The position numbers and the translations under genes are program-made. This document shows, piece by piece, positions 60,772 through 64,000 of a DNA stretch of 64,000 bases (the first letter of the stretch is position 1; each line of letters opens with the position of its first letter). The notes under the pieces were generated by a model. It was not told the DNA's origin, searched no databases, and saw only the letters and a program-made list of their open reading frames with translations. Origin of the DNA: a virus; the IMG/VR virus record IMGVR_UViG_3300044811_000010, positions 1 through 64,000 of that record. The stretch is one strand, 5' to 3'.

Positions 60772-60943
60772 AGACATGGTCCCACAGGATTGCGAAGAAG
60801 TCAAGCGACGTGATGGTCACGCAGCATTGATCTCCTGGATTGAGTGCCATCCGCGCACGGGCTGGTACATCGCGGTCCTGACCACGCTGAACGTGGTCCT
60901 GAACCTTCTCGGCCTGTTCCACTGACACGATAGACTGGTACTG

Positions 60944-61438
60944 ATGCCCCAATTGACCGAAGATCAGCTCGACTTCTTCTCCCAGCAGACGGAACGCGCG
61001 GCTCGTAAGGCGGTGCGGCGCTACCGTCGGAGCGCGGTTGTTGGCTTCGCTGTCTTGGCGCTCGGAATCGGGGCACAGCAGTACACGACGAACCACGATG
61101 CGAATAGCTCTAGGCAGGCAATCGTGGTCACGACGCGCGACGTTGCCACAGCTAGCTGCAACGGGCGCTTCCTCGACCGGCAGGTTCTTCGTGAAATCGT
61201 AGAGGCCCAGAGGCCGGTTATCGCCGGTTATGTCAAGGACGGCACTCTGACCTTGGGCCAAGGCACGCAGGCCATCAAGCAGCTCAACGAGACACTGACT
61301 CTCCTACGCCTCCCCGACTGCCGGCGCGCTGCAGAGATCATCACCGATGATCCGACGCATGCTGCCCCTAACACGCCTCCGGCGCTGTACCCCGGCGCCC
61401 CCGCTGCGGGCGGCTTCACCTACAAGGCCATCGGATAG
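60944..61438 (+). CDS. membrane-anchored protein
   Basis: single TM helix, Cys pair; TAGACT-N7-ATG. Confidence 0.6.
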   Translation: MPQLTEDQLDFFSQQTERAARKAVRRYRRSAVVGFAVLALGIGAQQYTTNHDANSSRQAIVVTTRDVATASCNGRFLDRQVLREIVEAQRPVIAGYVKDGTLTLGQGTQAIKQLNETLTLLRLPDCRRAAEIITDDPTHAAPNTPPALYPGAPAAGGFTYKAIG

Positions 61439-61611
61439 CTCATGCTGCTCGTTGCATACATCGCCATCATGGGCTCAGCGCTCACCCTCAGCGCGTCCGG
61501 CCTCTTCGTTCCGGCGCTCGTGCTTGGGATCGTGGGGTCGATGTTGGCGTACCGCTGGACCATCGTGGCGGCTGCACACCGGGTCAAGACGCAAGCATCC
61601 CGGTCGCGCTC

Positions 61612-62034
61612 TTGATCGACCATCTGCGCAGCATCCGATGGTGGGACGCCACGGTCTTCGTGATTCTAATTGCGGCGATCATCTTCGCCATCCACACCCA
61701 ACAGTCAGTGACGCGGGTCGAGCGCCACATCACAACCATCACGAGGGCTGGCGCGCGTGGTCGTCCGGGTAAGTCTTGCGTGGTCATCGTGCGGCGGCCT
61801 GTGGCCGTGGGGCCGCTTCAGCGCCGCGTGCTTCCCAGCCACGCTAGAAGGTCAAGCGCGCTAGGCACAGCTCGCCGCCCTAGCGGCGCAAGTCCGGGGC
61901 GAACGAAGGGCCACGCTCGAACCAAGAGCACAGCGGGCAAGGCACGCAAGCGCGACGTGACTCGCAAGCACGCTGCCAAGCACCACGGTCGGCATCTAGG
62001 CCACAAGAAGCATCACGGCCACAAGAAGCACTAG
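61612..62034 (+). CDS. membrane protein with a basic His/Lys-rich tail
   Basis: TM helix; KHHGRHLGHKKHHGHKKH. Confidence 0.5.
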   Translation: MIDHLRSIRWWDATVFVILIAAIIFAIHTQQSVTRVERHITTITRAGARGRPGKSCVVIVRRPVAVGPLQRRVLPSHARRSSALGTARRPSGASPGRTKGHARTKSTAGKARKRDVTRKHAAKHHGRHLGHKKHHGHKKH

Positions 62035-62214
62035 GCGAGACTCAGCCCGCCACGACGGCGATGGACAGGCCCAGTGTCGTAAACGACAGAAGCACGACGC
62101 AGATGATGTAGAACGTAGAGTTCCACGTCCGCGTGATCGGCTGGTCGGCGAACTCCCAGACGAACCCGATTACGTTCCAGACGATGATGACCCACGCCAG
62201 CCAATGAGCGGTGT

Positions 62215-62784
62215 TCATCCTGTCACCGCGCAGATGGCCGTGACCACGACGTTCGCCGGAGTGGTCGTGTCGGTGTTAGAGATACGCGCCGTCCATGAGT
62301 CAGTGCCGCCGGGACCTGACGCCTGAATAGCCGTCGCCGAGGCGGAAGACGCTCCACCGCCTAGGACGTGTTGCCCGGCATCGCACACGGCCGAGAGGGT
62401 AGCCACCTGCAGCGGCCCAATCGAGGCTGACGCCTGCGGATAGGTCACCTGCGTTACGCCCGGCGAGCCCTGTGGGCCAGCAGGTCCCTGCGCTCCGGGG
62501 TCGCCCTTCTCGCCATGAACGGTGATGTTGATGCCGCTCGCCGGGTCGCTCAAGACCTCAGTGATAGCGTCGCGCAGATTCGTCTTCGTGATCGCATGTG
62601 CCGGCGGCCTGGCCGACGGCGCAAGGTCACGAACGCGCACCGAGCGGTCGTGAATGGCGCGCGTGCCTACGGCGCCGGTCCTGATCTGGTTCGGGCCGAC
62701 CTGAGTGGCCGCGTAGCCCACGCCGCCGCTCGCCAATACGAGCGCGAGGACGGAGAGGGCCGTGGACGGCGAGGGGAGCCTCAT
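62215..62784 (-). CDS. secreted protein with a short collagen-like repeat
   Basis: signal peptide, GEKGDPGAQGPAGPQGSPG, C-terminal C...VLGGG...IC domain. Confidence 0.75.
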   Translation of the reverse strand: MRLPSPSTALSVLALVLASGGVGYAATQVGPNQIRTGAVGTRAIHDRSVRVRDLAPSARPPAHAITKTNLRDAITEVLSDPASGINITVHGEKGDPGAQGPAGPQGSPGVTQVTYPQASASIGPLQVATLSAVCDAGQHVLGGGASSASATAIQASGPGGTDSWTARISNTDTTTPANVVVTAICAVTG

Positions 62785-63227
62785 GCGACCGAAACCTCGC
62801 CCTTCATGCGGTCCACGCGATAGGCGCGCGGCTCGTCGCGGTCGGGGTCGTAGCCCGTGAACGTGACGTGGCCTGCGACCTCCTTGACCTCCGTGGGCTG
62901 CAGGGTGCGCGTCTCGATGACGGCGCCGTCGCCCTTGGCGTAGCGGAATGTCACGGTCTTGCTGTGGACAGCCGCGAGGCGCAACAGCCCCTCGTTGAAG
63001 CTGATCTGCGAAGCCAGAGGAACTCCGTCGAGCTTGACGCTCTGGGGGTGCTCAGCAGCATCGCCCAAGAATTCGTTGCAGGCGCTGCGCAGCGCACGCA
63101 CGCCGTCCGTCTGCGCTTCCTGGAACTGGAAGCTGGAAACGTCCCGGTCGCCATTGAGGTCGAGGGAGCCTGTCGCCGCGTGAATCTGCAGAACGTCGCC
63201 GCAACAGTCTGTGATGTTTACGTGCAT
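62781..63227 (-). CDS. WYL-domain protein
   Basis: F.Y....G....R.L.P...GYD..R.E.R.YRVDRM. Confidence 0.8.
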   Translation of the reverse strand: MHVNITDCCGDVLQIHAATGSLDLNGDRDVSSFQFQEAQTDGVRALRSACNEFLGDAAEHPQSVKLDGVPLASQISFNEGLLRLAAVHSKTVTFRYAKGDGAVIETRTLQPTEVKEVAGHVTFTGYDPDRDEPRAYRVDRMKGEVSVA

Positions 63228-63263
63228 GGTTGACCTCCTAGGGTCGTTGGGATAGCTGAAAGT

Positions 63264-63515
63264 CTAGCAGTAGTTGGCTCGCCGTCGCGTCAACGCGGCC
63301 AGCTTCGGGCGGTGCTCGTGCTCGTGGATCGCCGCGCGGACGATCAGATCGCGCTCGTCCTTGGGGAGCAGCAGGTTGCAGACGATCAGAGCGTCGCTGG
63401 GAGCCTCGGGGTGGAACTGGTAATCGCTCCACCTAGGGTTGGTGGGGTAGCCGCCGTGGGATGGCGTCGAGAAGTAGCCCACGTCGTCCTCGTCCTCGTA
63501 GATCACAACTCCCAC
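63264..63515 (-). CDS. hypothetical protein
   Basis: overlaps the upstream WYL gene. Confidence 0.5.
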   Translation of the reverse strand: MGVVIYEDEDDVGYFSTPSHGGYPTNPRWSDYQFHPEAPSDALIVCNLLLPKDERDLIVRAAIHEHEHRPKLAALTRRRANYC

Positions 63516-64000
63516 AGCCTTTCGATGCGATCCATCCTGAACGTGCGGGGCTCGTCCTTCGCCACGTCGAGCGCGACGAGATAGTCGGTCTGGAATCCGA
63601 GGCCGGCGCGGCGCTGCTCGACCCTGATCGGGACGATGGCGCGCGAGGACTCGATTCCGTTTTCGGTGCTATAGCCGAGCTGCATCTGGGGAACGTCATC
63701 GAGGCTCAGAACCTCGATAAGCAGCTCCTTGATGCGCTCCGTGCTGGCCGCTCCACGCTTGATGCGGGCCGTGGACGGCGTGGAGTGGGGCTCGACTGAG
63801 TCGCGCTGGTGAGGGACCACAACGTCGGGGCCGATGATGAACGGCTGTGTCTTGTTGTAGTAGGCATTCATCGCCTCCATGACAGCGTTTCGCTCAGAGA
63901 CTCCGCCTCCGCAGGCGCCGCTGGACAGCAGCTCGCTGGACTCGCAGACGAAGGCGACGGTTCCGCCACCCTCGCGCACGAACGTCTCGACAAGGAGCCG
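63503..64000 (-). CDS. WYL-domain protein (frame open to the window edge)
   Basis: Y....G..S.R...P....LVA.D....E.RTFR.DRI. Confidence 0.75.
   Translation of the reverse strand, partial: RLLVETFVREGGGTVAFVCESSELLSSGACGGGVSERNAVMEAMNAYYNKTQPFIIGPDVVVPHQRDSVEPHSTPSTARIKRGAASTERIKELLIEVLSLDDVPQMQLGYSTENGIESSRAIVPIRVEQRRAGLGFQTDYLVALDVAKDEPRTFRMDRIERLWEL

Noticed and set aside
1-64000. Stop-codon recoding, suppressor tRNAs or an integrated prophage
   Set aside because: Genes read normally in code 11, no CTA/TTA/TCA anticodons were found, and no integrase or host-gene boundary is visible in this window.

Overview
GC-rich segment of a tailed dsDNA phage with siphovirus-type morphogenesis genes, probably infecting an actinobacterium (leaderless genes; a Thermoleophilia/Nocardioides-style secreted protein). 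No integrase or CRISPR array is visible. Layout: 1-13 kb is an RNA/translation and nucleotide-metabolism region. It holds an RNase P RNA-like ribozyme gene, a 59-nt tmRNA tRNA-like domain with no mRNA part, an anticodon-less Ala-acceptor tRNA mimic, 34 tRNA genes in three clusters (all 20 amino acids; almost none encode CCA), a CCA-adding enzyme, an NAMPT + NMNAT/Nudix NAD salvage pair, phosphoesterases and MazG. 13-39 kb (+) holds portal-MuF fusion, class II RNR, protease, capsid, tail, tape measure and lysis genes. 41-60 kb (-) holds terminase, Pth2, RuvC-like resolvase, DNA Pol A, dNMP kinase, helicases and primase. 60-64 kb holds membrane/secreted and WYL proteins. The main candidate for a new system is a phage-encoded tRNA-biogenesis/ribosome-rescue apparatus: RNase P RNA + CCA enzyme + structurally non-canonical tRNAs + mini-tmRNA + Pth2. 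All RNA structures were folded by eye and no database searches were run, so novelty is unverified.
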